Part shown: in pieces, positions 10,025 through 20,588 of the stretch
How positions within the stretch are numbered: position 1 is the stretch's first letter
How the letters are laid out: each line of letters opens with the position of its first letter
IMG/VR virus record: IMGVR_UViG_3300047476_000577
Location: 32,001-96,000 of that record
Reading direction: 5' to 3' (one strand)
DNA length: 64,000 bases
DNA from: a virus
Position numbers and translations under genes: made by a program
Notes under the pieces: generated by a model
Told to the model about the DNA's origin: nothing
The model's input: only the letters and a program-made list of their open reading frames with translations
The model's database searches: none

Positions 10025-11556
10025 TATTTTAGTATCCTATTTTTGTATTCTGTAGTTAATTTAGTCTTAGAATCAATAACATATTTTGCATCTATCGTTG
10101 CCATTGGTTTGTTAATTAGATCTTTGCTTTCCCAGCCAGTTCCTTGTTGCCATAGCATAAATGCAAACCCGCTTAATTTGTTCCTACGATTAAACACACT
10201 GCCATTAGTATATCTATCTGCAATCGCCCAGGCATCGGCAAGACGCATATCTTTATTTTTCCAATCACTCCATCTAAAGAAAGAGTTGTTGAACTTAGCA
10301 GGTGTTATTTGATAACCGTGTTCATTGGCATTTTTCTCGAACGCACTTTTCCAAAGTTTCTTTGGGTGCATATTAAACCCTAATGCCTCTACGTTAAATC
10401 CGTGTAAAGGGAAATCTTCCGCCATTACTTGGTCTAACCATTCATTGGCAGTGTCTTCCGTTTCTCCCGGAAGCCCTATCACAAATCCACTATTAGTCAT
10501 TACCTGATCTTTCCACTTGTCGTTTCTTAGCCAATGTAATAATTCTATAGTTTTGTCGGGGTGAAAGCCTTTGCCAACTGCTTTTGCTGCTTGATGATTT
10601 AAAGTTTCTATACCAAATACACAAGTTCTGAGACCGGACTCTAGCAGCAGATCTGCCATCTCCCGGTTGTCCCATATTAAATCGTGTCTTAGATATGTTA
10701 CGAACTCTATTTTAAAAGGCAGTTTAGAAAATACTTCGTTGTATAGTGTTTCTACTTTGTAGATACTATCGTTAAATGTGTCATCGCAGAACACATACTT
10801 TGTTGTTCCGAACTTCTCGTAGTTGCGGATAAATTCTTCTCTTAAAGGACCGGGGTCTCTTATATAGTCAAACTTTTTCTTTCCGTTCATAGGAAAACCG
10901 CAATAGTCGCATTTGAATATGCAACCCCTGCTAATTTCTATAGGAAGAACTTCGCCCGGTAAAATATGGTCACTGTCTTGCCATAGTGTCTGGCATTGCC
11001 TGAAATTAAAAGGACTGTCTTCCCTCCAGGCAACCTGATTCTGCCGATCATTAATTTTTATTAGTTCTATGTCAGCGGGCTTGCCTGCTAGTAGATTAGC
11101 ATACTGTACAGTAGTGTAGTCTGCAAAGCCGTGAATGTAAGTGTCTACGAGCTTTGAGCTCATATACTGACTTTTGCCGCCTCCTAACACAATTTTAATG
11201 TTAGGGTTTTTTGATTTAATATGGCTTATTAGTTCGTGACTAGTTTCGGGCGTGAACGGAAAGTCTTCAGTATAACGTAAGTCTCTTCTGTTGTTATATG
11301 TTCTGTTCTCTCCACCTATAGGCTTGTCTTTAATAGCAAATAGAGTAGAGCTAAATCCTGCGAAAAGAGTGTTAGATCCTACGTATTTGTCTACTGCTAA
11401 TTTAAGCTCATCTAGTGTCCAGTCAGATAGAAAGTCTATCATCTGGACGCTATACCCTGCATTTCTTAATTCTGTGGCTATCCTGTAGCCGCCTATCATC
11501 CTAGTATAAACTAAGCTATTAGTAAACTCTGTGAATATTACAATGTCGGCAGTCAT
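10024..11556 (-). CDS. B12-binding-domain radical SAM protein
   Basis: GGYRIATELRNAGY, FAGFSST, LGGG; EISRGCIFKCDYC; DDTFND; FVIGLPGET. Confidence 0.88.
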   Translation of the reverse strand: MTADIVIFTEFTNSLVYTRMIGGYRIATELRNAGYSVQMIDFLSDWTLDELKLAVDKYVGSNTLFAGFSSTLFAIKDKPIGGENRTYNNRRDLRYTEDFPFTPETSHELISHIKSKNPNIKIVLGGGKSQYMSSKLVDTYIHGFADYTTVQYANLLAGKPADIELIKINDRQNQVAWREDSPFNFRQCQTLWQDSDHILPGEVLPIEISRGCIFKCDYCGFPMNGKKKFDYIRDPGPLREEFIRNYEKFGTTKYVFCDDTFNDSIYKVETLYNEVFSKLPFKIEFVTYLRHDLIWDNREMADLLLESGLRTCVFGIETLNHQAAKAVGKGFHPDKTIELLHWLRNDKWKDQVMTNSGFVIGLPGETEDTANEWLDQVMAEDFPLHGFNVEALGFNMHPKKLWKSAFEKNANEHGYQITPAKFNNSFFRWSDWKNKDMRLADAWAIADRYTNGSVFNRRNKLSGFAFMLWQQGTGWESKDLINKPMATIDAKYVIDSKTKLTTEYKNRILK

Positions 11557-12320
11557 TAGATCCTCTTAAGGATAGGGTAAAAAATCATACAAGGGTCAAA
11601 TTCCCACCACTTCTCTCCAAAGTTGTAGTTACCTGGATGCTTGTGGTGATTGTTGTGCCAACCTTGTCCCCACGCGAAATAGCCTAGTAGAGGAACGTTT
11701 CTGCTTTGATCATTAATTTCGTGATTCCTGTAACCGAATTCTTTCATATGGCAGAATAAGTTAATGCAAGCTTCTTGGTGGATACCAGTAATCATCGGTA
11801 GTAGGATTAAGCAAGTTGCAATCTCCCAATTGATTAGCATTGCAACAGCGATAATAGCCCATACAATTTTGTAGTAATGTTTGTGTACGTTAACCTGGAA
11901 CGGGTCGCGTAATAGATCTACGGCATACTTGAAACTAATGTCTTCTGGCTTTAGCTTAAACATCCAGCCTAAGTAAGATACCCACTTGCCGTGAATAGGA
12001 CTATGGACATCGCGTGGCTTATCTGCGTGACTATGATGGTAACCGCGGTGTAATGCTACCCAGAAAATAGGGCTACCTTGCCCAGCCATACAGCCTAGGA
12101 TAGTTAGCACTTTTCTAGTAAAGTTACTCATTTCGGGTATACCTTTGTGACTTAATACCCGATGCAATCCAATAGCACTACCTAAGCCGCTAATCAACAC
12201 CCAGCCTACGGGCCATAGCCACAGATAACTTAAATTGCCGTAGTTCCATAATACTACGAACATAATAACTGCCAGTATGTGAACTGGCCAAAACATTTTT
12301 TCAGCGTGTCCTAATTTCAT
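11556..12320 (-). CDS. Membrane fatty acid (acyl-CoA delta-9-like) desaturase
   Basis: His boxes HRVLSH, HRGYHH, WHNNHH; DVHSP; WWEFDP. Confidence 0.9.
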   Translation of the reverse strand: MKLGHAEKMFWPVHILAVIMFVVLWNYGNLSYLWLWPVGWVLISGLGSAIGLHRVLSHKGIPEMSNFTRKVLTILGCMAGQGSPIFWVALHRGYHHSHADKPRDVHSPIHGKWVSYLGWMFKLKPEDISFKYAVDLLRDPFQVNVHKHYYKIVWAIIAVAMLINWEIATCLILLPMITGIHQEACINLFCHMKEFGYRNHEINDQSRNVPLLGYFAWGQGWHNNHHKHPGNYNFGEKWWEFDPCMIFYPILKRI

Positions 12321-12344
12321 ATGTTTTCCTCTTTATTTTGATAT

Positions 12345-12983
12345 TTAGTTGTTATTCTTATCTTTGTTTGCACTAGGATCTAGACGGTATTCTGGTTTTA
12401 GGAACTGCATAGTTACGATTAAGTCAACAGGCCACGGCTGGCTGTTCATAAGCCACATCCATTGGTCCTGATACGGCGGGCGTGTCCACGCAGAAATCGT
12501 ATTTAAAATAATTCTGTCGTAGCGTTCTTGTCTTTGCTTAACGTGTTTGGGCCATATACGCTTGTGAACTTCCCAGTACTTTAAAGGATACGCCATAATA
12601 TATTGATACACATAGCGTTCTTCTGCATAACTAATGGCGTGCTCCATTACTTCTACTAGACCATTCATATTCCCTGCACTTTCGCATCTTTCTGCTCTAT
12701 TAGTAAGTGCTTTCTGGATGTACCACATATTAGTGTCGGGACTGAAATATTGTGTCATACAGCTATACAGTTTATCTGTATTTTCGTCAACGTAGCCCCA
12801 CATTTTAAAATGCGGGTTATCCTCCATTAGATAGTAATTCACCATAGTATGGCTTTTTGTTATTTCTAAGTGAGGCTTATACCACGGCATCTTATCTAAG
12901 TCTACACCTGCATATGTAGTCTTATCTTGATTCATTAAATTAATTTGATCAAGATAACTAATGTCTAATTGTTTAACTATCAT
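12345..12983 (-). CDS. GNAT-fold-like hypothetical protein
   Basis: MIVKQL..., MWGY, WYIQK, LVEVMEHAISYAEE. Confidence 0.45.
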   Translation of the reverse strand: MIVKQLDISYLDQINLMNQDKTTYAGVDLDKMPWYKPHLEITKSHTMVNYYLMEDNPHFKMWGYVDENTDKLYSCMTQYFSPDTNMWYIQKALTNRAERCESAGNMNGLVEVMEHAISYAEERYVYQYIMAYPLKYWEVHKRIWPKHVKQRQERYDRIILNTISAWTRPPYQDQWMWLMNSQPWPVDLIVTMQFLKPEYRLDPSANKDKNNN

Positions 12984-13909
12984 TTTAGGGACTCTATAAA
13001 ATCTTTTACATATATTTGAAATACATTATCGTTATAAGGAATAACTTTTTGCATTTCTTGTTTGGCATTAAAGTTTAATAACTTCAATGTTTCGTAACCG
13101 TGGTACTTAGGCCTGGGTTTCAATAAGAAATGTTGCCCGTATACTTCTTTTTTTATTGCCTGCACACTACGCTTTCCTACTAATTGATTAGTGACTAGTT
13201 TAGTTACTAATGGGTCTATAGCATAACTTAACATTATTTCCGGAGTATAACTAAAGAATTCACTAATTACTGGCCGTTGATTGATGTGTGCATACTTGGG
13301 AACGCTTAAATCGTTGTTTTCTCTAACATAGTAAAACCAACGATTATTTCTTTCCTTCGGATTTTTGAGGTATGCGGCATAGTCGAACTTTTGTTCAAAA
13401 AATACTTCACCGGTTCCTAATACAGGAATAGCATCGTCGATTTTATTCATCAGCCAGATTAATTGAATCTGTGCAATCTGGCTGCTTTGATATTTTATAC
13501 CAATTGGCAAGTATTCTTTGCTTTTATAAAACTCTACAATGTCAATCTCGTGTACTCTATATTGTACATTATAATACTCGCAAAAGTCTATAGCGTATTT
13601 GATATCGTGATCGTTGTATCCGTCTTTGAATCTTAAGATATCTGCTACAAAAGGTACACCTGCTAGTAAAAAACTTTGTGCCAATACTTCGCTATCGACA
13701 CCGCCGCTGAAAAATATACTGAATTTTTCATTAGGGTAAGCATCTTTTATTTTACTAACAACATCTAGGCACTCCGATTTAAAGTCAGCAGGGCGCCTTG
13801 TCACTTTATCCCAGTGCATTTTAAAAATATCCGAGTCGTGTGTTCTATTAGAAAATGGAACACCATTGTATGTCCAATGAAAATGATTATTTTGTGTTAG
13901 TGTTACCAT
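12980..13909 (-). CDS. PP-loop adenine nucleotide alpha-hydrolase-like protein
   Basis: FFSGGVDSE, HDIKYAIDFC, RPKYHGYE. Confidence 0.75.
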   Translation of the reverse strand: MVTLTQNNHFHWTYNGVPFSNRTHDSDIFKMHWDKVTRRPADFKSECLDVVSKIKDAYPNEKFSIFFSGGVDSEVLAQSFLLAGVPFVADILRFKDGYNDHDIKYAIDFCEYYNVQYRVHEIDIVEFYKSKEYLPIGIKYQSSQIAQIQLIWLMNKIDDAIPVLGTGEVFFEQKFDYAAYLKNPKERNNRWFYYVRENNDLSVPKYAHINQRPVISEFFSYTPEIMLSYAIDPLVTKLVTNQLVGKRSVQAIKKEVYGQHFLLKPRPKYHGYETLKLLNFNAKQEMQKVIPYNDNVFQIYVKDFIESLK

Positions 13910-14756
13910 AATTAAATTCTGGGTCTAGCTGGGTATCTATAGACACTCGAACGAACCTTCTATCTCCCACGCTATCGGAAAATATTTCTCCCTCGCCTTT
14001 GCGGTGCATAGTGGCCCAATTATCGAAAATAATTAAATCTCCTATTTCCCAGTTGTGTGAGTACTGATATTTATTGCCCAGGTCTTTAACAACATTTTTT
14101 AAAATTTCGTTATCTAAATATTTTTTCTCTGTTCCGTGCTGTTCATACCAGGAGCGAATCCACCCGTTGTCCTGACTAACAGCATTTAATCTTAGAAACT
14201 TTTCTTTAGTATATGGATGTTCTTCTATAGCAGGTAAATCTTTTATATTAGTTCCTACTCGTTGCCAGCTTTGGTATGTGAAATATCTACGACTGTATTT
14301 TTCTTTTTCTTCTTGACTGAGGTCAGAATAAGCTCTTGCCATATTTGAAACATCAGTGGTCATACCTTTAAATTTAGAAGGGAGATCGATGCAGTATAGC
14401 ATTCTACTAGGATATCTTGCAAAGCCGGGTTCATTGGCAATATCTACGTGCCAAGGAATTCCTGAAAATAATCTTGCGTAGCTTTTATTAGTATAGTCTG
14501 TATAAGATCTTCCTTGATTATCAAATCTTGCATCTTCTTTAATTGACTTATAATCTTTATACGCCCACGGCTTACCTAGCTTTTCCCCTAGATCTATTAT
14601 TTTTTTAGGACTAAGGTTGTGCCATCCTTTAAACACTAATACTTTATGGGTGAATAGCAGATGTCGTAAATCACTATTATCGACTGCCATTACTTCGTCG
14701 TATGATAGGTTTATTTTAATTCCTATAAAATCAGTGAGGGAAGTGTAGGGTATCAT
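13887..14756 (-). CDS. TauD/TfdA family dioxygenase
   Basis: HKVLVFKG, WHVD, HPYT, HNWEIGDLIIFDNWATMHR. Confidence 0.9.
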   Translation of the reverse strand: MIPYTSLTDFIGIKINLSYDEVMAVDNSDLRHLLFTHKVLVFKGWHNLSPKKIIDLGEKLGKPWAYKDYKSIKEDARFDNQGRSYTDYTNKSYARLFSGIPWHVDIANEPGFARYPSRMLYCIDLPSKFKGMTTDVSNMARAYSDLSQEEKEKYSRRYFTYQSWQRVGTNIKDLPAIEEHPYTKEKFLRLNAVSQDNGWIRSWYEQHGTEKKYLDNEILKNVVKDLGNKYQYSHNWEIGDLIIFDNWATMHRKGEGEIFSDSVGDRRFVRVSIDTQLDPEFNYGNTNTK

Positions 14757-15330
14757 TTCGTACGTCCATTATAATATGTATGCGATCACTGTCTCCTTTA
14801 TTAGATGCCCAGTGCATAGTTTTATTGTCAAACACCCATAATTCTCCTTGCTCGAAGCGGACAGTTTCTGTGTCTTCTTTACTACCACAACTAAAGCTAA
14901 CTCCGTTGTTAGTTTTAAGTACGATATGATATCTATCGTGCAAATCAAAGTATTTTCCTGGATCAATGTGAGGATATATGTTGCCGCCTGGGACCATTTT
15001 AGCAATATAGCATCTTCCTAATTTAGATCCCGGCAGCGCCAATAATAAGGCACTATTAATTAATTTTCTACAAGCAGGAAGTCTGTACATTGCCTCTGCG
15101 TCTACTGCTTCTAGCATTTTATCTGCTAGTTCTTTCGCTCCTCGGGCATCAGATATAGAATCGCTTTTATGATTCTTGTCGTGAATTCTTAGGTGAATAG
15201 ATTGCCCTTCCCTGAGAGGAGGGCTTTGCTCTGGCCTTGCTGTATGCGGCCCAAACAAGTGATAATTTTGCATAACCTCTTCTAAGGCTTCTGTTACATC
15301 AATGTTACCTATAAATTTAAAATATTTCAT
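14731..15330 (-). CDS. Aspartyl/asparaginyl beta-hydroxylase-like 2OG oxygenase
   Basis: PGGNIYPHID, RYHIVLKTN, GELWVFDN..MHWASNKGDSDRIHIIMD. Confidence 0.85.
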   Translation of the reverse strand: MKYFKFIGNIDVTEALEEVMQNYHLFGPHTARPEQSPPLREGQSIHLRIHDKNHKSDSISDARGAKELADKMLEAVDAEAMYRLPACRKLINSALLLALPGSKLGRCYIAKMVPGGNIYPHIDPGKYFDLHDRYHIVLKTNNGVSFSCGSKEDTETVRFEQGELWVFDNKTMHWASNKGDSDRIHIIMDVRNDTLHFPH

Positions 15331-15902
15331 ATCGTGTCAAATAGTAAGTGTACCCGGTCATCCTGGCTAGCGTTCATTGCAGTGTGCATCGCAGTTGAAA
15401 CTAAACTGTAGAGTTTACCTTCAGTCTCCATAGTATATAACCCGTGTTCAGTTACAATGAAGCATCTAGGATTTGTAATAATGGGAACGTGATAACGTAT
15501 TAGATCATCGTCCTTGTGCCAGCTGTAGCAAGTTTTAGATCTAAGCATCATTAGCCTAATTCTGCCAATCGGTCTTGTGCTAAATTCTCTAACTTTGTTA
15601 ATTACAAATTCAAAATATGTATTCTTTACAGCAGGGTGCAAGTGGGTAAATTTTTCTTTTTCTTTACCCTCTTGATATACACGATTAAGTCTGTTGTCGA
15701 GTCCTGGCTTGATAATACTGCCTATACCATCGTATATTTGATCAGCAGGATCATCATACTCGCCTGTATGCACAAGGCTTAATTGATTGCTGTGCGGATG
15801 CCAGGGGTACTTTTTAAGCAAAAACCCTAGTTCCATTTTTAATTTCAGCTTGTCAAAAACTATAGGATAGGATTCGACATCTATTACGTTATCATTAAAC
15901 AT
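15327..15902 (-). CDS. Aspartyl/asparaginyl beta-hydroxylase-like 2OG oxygenase
   Basis: GRIRLM, CYSWHKD, RYHVPIITN, HTAMNAS..DRVHL. Confidence 0.85.
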   Translation of the reverse strand: MFNDNVIDVESYPIVFDKLKLKMELGFLLKKYPWHPHSNQLSLVHTGEYDDPADQIYDGIGSIIKPGLDNRLNRVYQEGKEKEKFTHLHPAVKNTYFEFVINKVREFSTRPIGRIRLMMLRSKTCYSWHKDDDLIRYHVPIITNPRCFIVTEHGLYTMETEGKLYSLVSTAMHTAMNASQDDRVHLLFDTI

Positions 15903-15907
15903 ACACT

Positions 15908-15915
15908 TATTTATA
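15908..15915 (-). promoter_or_regulatory. T4-type late promoter TATAAATA
   Basis: Exact TATAAATA 5 nt before the ATG at 15902. Confidence 0.65.
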
Positions 15916-15936
15916 GATGCAATACCTTGGCTTTTC

Positions 15937-16488
15937 TTAATCTAGAGCAAAAGTTATTGTCCATTGTAGTGTATGTTGAATCATTTCCGGTTCGTCGTTT
16001 ATTGTAGCGTTTTTATACCACTTGCTCATCGGGTGGTGCTCACTTTTCATTGCACGTTTGAATATAGTAAGCAAACCTCGATTGTACTCGTTAACAGTAA
16101 TCATTGCGCGAGTGGCACCATTTGCTTTAGCCCATTCTAGCTGCTTAGGTAACAAGTATTCGTGTAACAGGTATTGTGTTCTGAACTCTTTCAGCGTCCA
16201 AGTTCTAACTAAAAGAATTGCAGTGGAATCTTTTATGTATACGCCACTAGCAGATATAGTCTGCATATCGTTGCATAGTACAAAGTATTGCCCAGTTGGC
16301 GGGACAAGTCGCTGCTCGTTATAAAGCAAAAAAAGTACACTAGCGGGATTATTTTCCCAGTCAGTGTACTTCATATTAGAAGCAGCAGGATGTTTAGGCT
16401 CTGCTGCTTCTATGGTTTTACAGAATCCAGAAACTAGCCTATAGTGATCTGGATCTTCTTTGTTAATTGCAATTACGCTATAGGTCAT
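15937..16488 (-). CDS. GNAT-like acetyltransferase
   Basis: [32 protein letters not shown]. Confidence 0.55.
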   Translation of the reverse strand: MTYSVIAINKEDPDHYRLVSGFCKTIEAAEPKHPAASNMKYTDWENNPASVLFLLYNEQRLVPPTGQYFVLCNDMQTISASGVYIKDSTAILLVRTWTLKEFRTQYLLHEYLLPKQLEWAKANGATRAMITVNEYNRGLLTIFKRAMKSEHHPMSKWYKNATINDEPEMIQHTLQWTITFALD

Positions 16489-17384
16489 ACTGCCATTGCA
16501 GCCTTGATAGCACCGTGAGATTGATAGCCCACTAGCTCGATGTCTGCCATAGTAAATCCGTCAATGTCTTTAATTGCAGGATTTAGTTTTAGCGTAGGTA
16601 AAGCCAGTGTCTCTCGTGACAGTTGTTCTTTAACTTGCTCTACGTGGTTGGAGTAGATATGGGCATCGCCGATAGTATGCACAAACTCGCCCACACCTAA
16701 ATCGCACACTTGAGCAATCATATGTGTAAACAGGCTGTAGCTAGCAATGTTAAATGGGACACCCAAGAAGAAGTCTGCACTACGCTGGTACATCTGGCAG
16801 CTTAATTTTCCGTTGCGTACATAGAATTGTGCAAAACTATGACAAGGAGGCAATGCCATTTGATCTAGTTCGCCGGGGTTCCACGCAGATATAATATGAC
16901 GCCTATCCTCGGGCTTTGACTTAATGCCAGCAATTAGATTTGCTAGCTGATCTACTTCTGTTCGATCAGCAGCTACCCTGACACCACCTAGGTGAGCATC
17001 TCCCATATCTTTACGTTCAGTATACTTGCGCCAGTGTCGCCACTGTACACCATATACACGGCCTAAGTCGCCTTCGTACTGTGCTTTAGGTGTCCAATAG
17101 TCTGCTTGTGCATTAGCAGTCCATATTGTAGATTTTGCATCATCTCGAGTACCGTGCAGAATTTCTGCTAGTCTACGTTCGTCGCCGCTGCCTTCAATGA
17201 ACCAAAGTAATTCCGACACCACACTTTTCCAGGCTAGCTTCTTTGTAGTGACAGCAGGAAAGCCTTTAGTTAGGTCATAACGGCTTTGCATACCAAACAC
17301 ACTGATAGTACCAGTGCCTGTACGGTCTTTTGATTCTACACCGTTATCTAATATAAATTGTAAATCTTTTAAGTATTGTTGCAT
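16485..17384 (-). CDS. thyA: Thymidylate synthase
   Basis: [49 protein letters not shown]. Confidence 0.98.
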   Translation of the reverse strand: MQQYLKDLQFILDNGVESKDRTGTGTISVFGMQSRYDLTKGFPAVTTKKLAWKSVVSELLWFIEGSGDERRLAEILHGTRDDAKSTIWTANAQADYWTPKAQYEGDLGRVYGVQWRHWRKYTERKDMGDAHLGGVRVAADRTEVDQLANLIAGIKSKPEDRRHIISAWNPGELDQMALPPCHSFAQFYVRNGKLSCQMYQRSADFFLGVPFNIASYSLFTHMIAQVCDLGVGEFVHTIGDAHIYSNHVEQVKEQLSRETLALPTLKLNPAIKDIDGFTMADIELVGYQSHGAIKAAMAV

Positions 17385-17833
17385 CTTAACCAAGTCTCAA
17401 ATGCGAGCTCTGCTTTTACGGTACATTCATTAAACGTAAAATTATCTAGCAAAGCTTCTGTATCAATGAAAGTATCGCATTGATAGTCACTAGAAAAACG
17501 TGTAACGTACACAGTGTCTATCCTGTCGATAAACGACTGTATCAATTTAGCACCGCCTATTACTACTGCATCTGCAGGTATAGCAGGGTCGTCTATTGAT
17601 TGTACTGTAATAACACCGGGTATGTCAATAGGCTTGCTAGTGACTATAATGTTTGTTCTATTAGGTAATGGCTTAGGGAAAGCAGGATCGTCCCAAGTCT
17701 TGCGGCCCATTACTACTGTTTTGCCTAATGTGTGTTGTTTAAACCAAGCAAAGTCTTCTTTATTTTTTGGCCAAGGTAGTGTACCGTCTTTGCCGATCCC
17801 GCCATTAGAATCGACTGCAAATATAGCCTTCAT
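17369..17833 (-). CDS. folA: Dihydrofolate reductase
   Basis: [31 protein letters not shown]. Confidence 0.96.
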   Translation of the reverse strand: MKAIFAVDSNGGIGKDGTLPWPKNKEDFAWFKQHTLGKTVVMGRKTWDDPAFPKPLPNRTNIIVTSKPIDIPGVITVQSIDDPAIPADAVVIGGAKLIQSFIDRIDTVYVTRFSSDYQCDTFIDTEALLDNFTFNECTVKAELAFETWLRCNNT

Positions 17834-18135
17834 TTTTCCTCGCCGAAGTGTTTTGCTAGTAACCCTGCAACGTGCTTGGTTACGCTTTTCTTTAGTAAGT
17901 CGCTATCCATAGTTATTTGGACGTCGACAATCATATCTTTATATTCTTGGAGTTCTTCAGATTTTAGTATTGTGTCAATGTCGTCGAGACCTTCTAAGTC
18001 TGCGCCTTCGAACACAATTGAAGTGCCGTTGTTTAGGACCACGTTTATAGTTGCTATAAACCTTACAGGGAGATCATTCATAACAACATCGTTTAGGATG
18101 TCGTCAAAACTCCGGTCTCTCTTTATCAATGCCAT
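17830..18135 (-). CDS. Hypothetical protein
   Basis: ORF coupled to folA; likely start MALIK. Confidence 0.6.
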   Translation of the reverse strand: MALIKRDRSFDDILNDVVMNDLPVRFIATINVVLNNGTSIVFEGADLEGLDDIDTILKSEELQEYKDMIVDVQITMDSDLLKKSVTKHVAGLLAKHFGEEK

Positions 18136-18406
18136 CGTCTTTAACCAATTCTTTATTTCTGTATAACGAGTCTTCGTGTTCCAGTGCAGCAACTATAATA
18201 GCAGCGGCTTTGATTAAGTTGTCGCGAAACACTTCACGTTCTGGCTTAATGCCTTTTCTATTTACATCCTGTGCCAAATAATGGATTACGATGGCGATCC
18301 AATCATTTGAACTATATGTTAAGTCGTACTCGCTACCAGGTAAAGACTGCTGACGCAGTCTTTCCTGTTTAACTTTAGCTAGTATGTCGTCAAGCAACGG
18401 CAACAC
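18104..18406 (-). CDS. MazG-like all-alpha NTP pyrophosphohydrolase-like protein
   Basis: ERLRQ...W..I....E/D...FRDNLIKAAAIIVAALE pattern. Confidence 0.45.
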   Translation of the reverse strand: MLPLLDDILAKVKQERLRQQSLPGSEYDLTYSSNDWIAIVIHYLAQDVNRKGIKPEREVFRDNLIKAAAIIVAALEHEDSLYRNKELVKDDGIDKERPEF

Positions 18407-18956
18407 TCTTCTTCCTACCGCGAGCTTTAGCTGCCTTAGGATCGATACTGTCTGCTTGTGCACGTAGCTCGGCTGCTTGTTTTTCAAACAATGCTGCTTG
18501 GTTACGCAAGTTTTGTGCAAGTGTAGCATCATCGATAACGCCGTCATCGTGTTTAGCAACTGGACCATCGCCGGGTTGTACAGCGGCTGGATCGATACCG
18601 GAGTCAAGTTGAGACAAGCTACGATTTAGTTCGGATAGATTGATCTCGACGTCGATACGTGGACGCATAATTACACGTTCTGCAGGCACCTTACGAAGGA
18701 AACCTTTGCTGTGAAGTGTAGTTAGCATATTGCTACCGTCATAGAAGAATTGACGGTTTGCATACTCATAAAACTCTAGTGTTTCTTGTGCAGTTAGGCT
18801 TTCTACTGCATCCATTAGGTTTTGATGATAGCGGTCGGGTAGACTATCTGTCTCCACGATTAGACAGCTTTGTGGCTCGTCTGGGAGTGAACGGAATACT
18901 ACGATAACACGGTGACCGGTATCGCGTAGTGTTCCTACGTGTTTTAGAAATTTCAT
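18390..18956 (-). CDS. Hypothetical protein
   Basis: 188-aa ORF, LKHVG start, basic RGRKK tail. Confidence 0.7.
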   Translation of the reverse strand: MKFLKHVGTLRDTGHRVIVVFRSLPDEPQSCLIVETDSLPDRYHQNLMDAVESLTAQETLEFYEYANRQFFYDGSNMLTTLHSKGFLRKVPAERVIMRPRIDVEINLSELNRSLSQLDSGIDPAAVQPGDGPVAKHDDGVIDDATLAQNLRNQAALFEKQAAELRAQADSIDPKAAKARGRKKSVAVA

Positions 18957-18974
18957 CTCTGTGTGTCTTTCTAA

Positions 18975-19205
18975 TTAGGCGGCGTCTTCGCCAGTTGCAG
19001 TAGCGGCAGAAGACTCTGCTTGCTCTTGCTCGGCTTTGGCAGCAGCTTCTGCTTCGCGTTGAGCTTTAACAGCTTCAACAAAGGCAGTTAGCTTGTTATA
19101 TACTGCGCCTACTACTGTAGCTTCGGCTGCTTTAAAGGCACCACGCTGTACTGCGGCGTCAATAATTTGTGCCGCGGCTGCTAAGTCTTGATCAGTTAGT
19201 TCCAT
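18975..19205 (-). CDS. Hypothetical protein
   Basis: GAGG RBS; L.D QDL..IIDAAVQRGAFKA.E..VG.VY. Confidence 0.7.
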   Translation of the reverse strand: MELTDQDLAAAAQIIDAAVQRGAFKAAEATVVGAVYNKLTAFVEAVKAQREAEAAAKAEQEQAESSAATATGEDAA

Positions 19206-19308
19206 TTTATACCTCTTAATTAAGTGTGTGTTTTATTTATTATGGTATCTTATTATACAAAAAAGAAAGGCTACAGGTCAACTGTAGCCTTGTAATAAGT
19301 TCAAACTT

Positions 19309-20511
19309 TTATTTGTGCTTGAACTCGTAGTGTGCAGTTACGCCAAACGGTGCTTCAATGTTTGGGCCGCCGTGTACTACGAATAGTGTGTCGCAGTAGT
19401 CTGGGTCACCCCATTCGCCGCAAGGGTAACCGTCTGTAAACATAATGAACTGTTTGGGCTGGATATCCCGTTCTTTCATATATTCCCAGTTAGCTTCGAA
19501 CATAGTACCACCACCGCCTTGAGGCTCGTAGTCTGCAATGTCATCGCCTGCATCACTGCTAAAGTCGCGCTCTGCGTACACTTGAGTATCGAAACACCAA
19601 ATCTTAATGTTCCAACTATCAAAGGTACCCATAATGCCTTGAATCTCGCCAAGGAAGTCTTTAACCATATCGTTAGAGATACTACCTGAAGTGTCAATGG
19701 CAATACACACATCTACTTCTTCAGCAGGTAGCATACCCGGCAGCACTGCACCAGTATGCCAGCTCTTGCGGCTAGGACGAGTAAACGAGTAGTCGTTTTT
19801 AATCATACTAGTCAATTGGATGCGGCACAGTTCTTGCCAAGGCATTTTTGGATCTGTAATGTTCTTAACAATACGATCTACGCCAGTCGGCAAATTGCCT
19901 GCACCAGCAGCCTGTGCTGCCTGGATAACTGCATCTTTAAGCTCGTCACGCAGAGCTTTGCGCTCTTCTTCGGTTAGCTTCTTGCCAATGCCGGACTTGC
20001 CGTCGCCATCACCGTCTTCGCTGTCGCCGTCACCTTCTAAGTCCAAGTGAGTGTCGAGTGTCATCTTAATAGTGACAGCATTTTCCATTAGCTTGTCGTA
20101 GACTTCGTCAGTAGTCATACCATCATACTGTCGGTCTGCGAGGATAGGAACTACCTTAATTACATCGCCAATGCGGTCACGAATGAGGCCGTTGTTAATA
20201 ACATAGTCAGCCGCCATATTCCACACTTGGGGCTCACGCTCGCCTCGGCGTAGCATATGCTCGTAGACGCAGTGCATAACTTCGTGAGCAATTAGAAAGA
20301 TGAGCTCACCGTCTGACAACTTAGAAACAAATTCGTCGTTATAGAACAAATTACGACCATCTACTGCGGCAGTAGGAATACGGTCGCTGGCATCCACAAT
20401 CTTAAGACGAGTTGCAAGGTTACCAAAGAACGGGTGATGCAATAGCAGTTTTACACGGGCTTTGGTAATACGATCTCGTTGCTTAGAAGCAGTTACAGTA
20501 GTCATTGTCAA
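19309..20511 (-). CDS. DUF2201-type metallopeptidase-like + vWA domain protein
   Basis: HPFFG, AHEVMH (HExxH), WNMAADYVIN, IDTSGS, GGGGT, FTDG. Confidence 0.88.
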   Translation of the reverse strand: MTMTTVTASKQRDRITKARVKLLLHHPFFGNLATRLKIVDASDRIPTAAVDGRNLFYNDEFVSKLSDGELIFLIAHEVMHCVYEHMLRRGEREPQVWNMAADYVINNGLIRDRIGDVIKVVPILADRQYDGMTTDEVYDKLMENAVTIKMTLDTHLDLEGDGDSEDGDGDGKSGIGKKLTEEERKALRDELKDAVIQAAQAAGAGNLPTGVDRIVKNITDPKMPWQELCRIQLTSMIKNDYSFTRPSRKSWHTGAVLPGMLPAEEVDVCIAIDTSGSISNDMVKDFLGEIQGIMGTFDSWNIKIWCFDTQVYAERDFSSDAGDDIADYEPQGGGGTMFEANWEYMKERDIQPKQFIMFTDGYPCGEWGDPDYCDTLFVVHGGPNIEAPFGVTAHYEFKHK

Positions 20512-20528
20512 TTCCTTATTAAGCCATT

Positions 20529-20557
20529 ATTATAGCACACTTGCATTTATCGGTCAA
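20529..20557 (-). promoter_or_regulatory. Sigma70-type early promoter
   Basis: TTGACC-17-TATAAT with extended TG. Confidence 0.8.
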
Positions 20558-20562
20558 ATAGT

Positions 20563-20588
20563 AAAAAAGCGCCTTGCGGCGCTTTTTT
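20563..20588. terminator. Rho-independent terminator (bidirectional form)
   Basis: AAAAAAGCGCC-TTGC-GGCGCTTTTTT. Confidence 0.8.
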
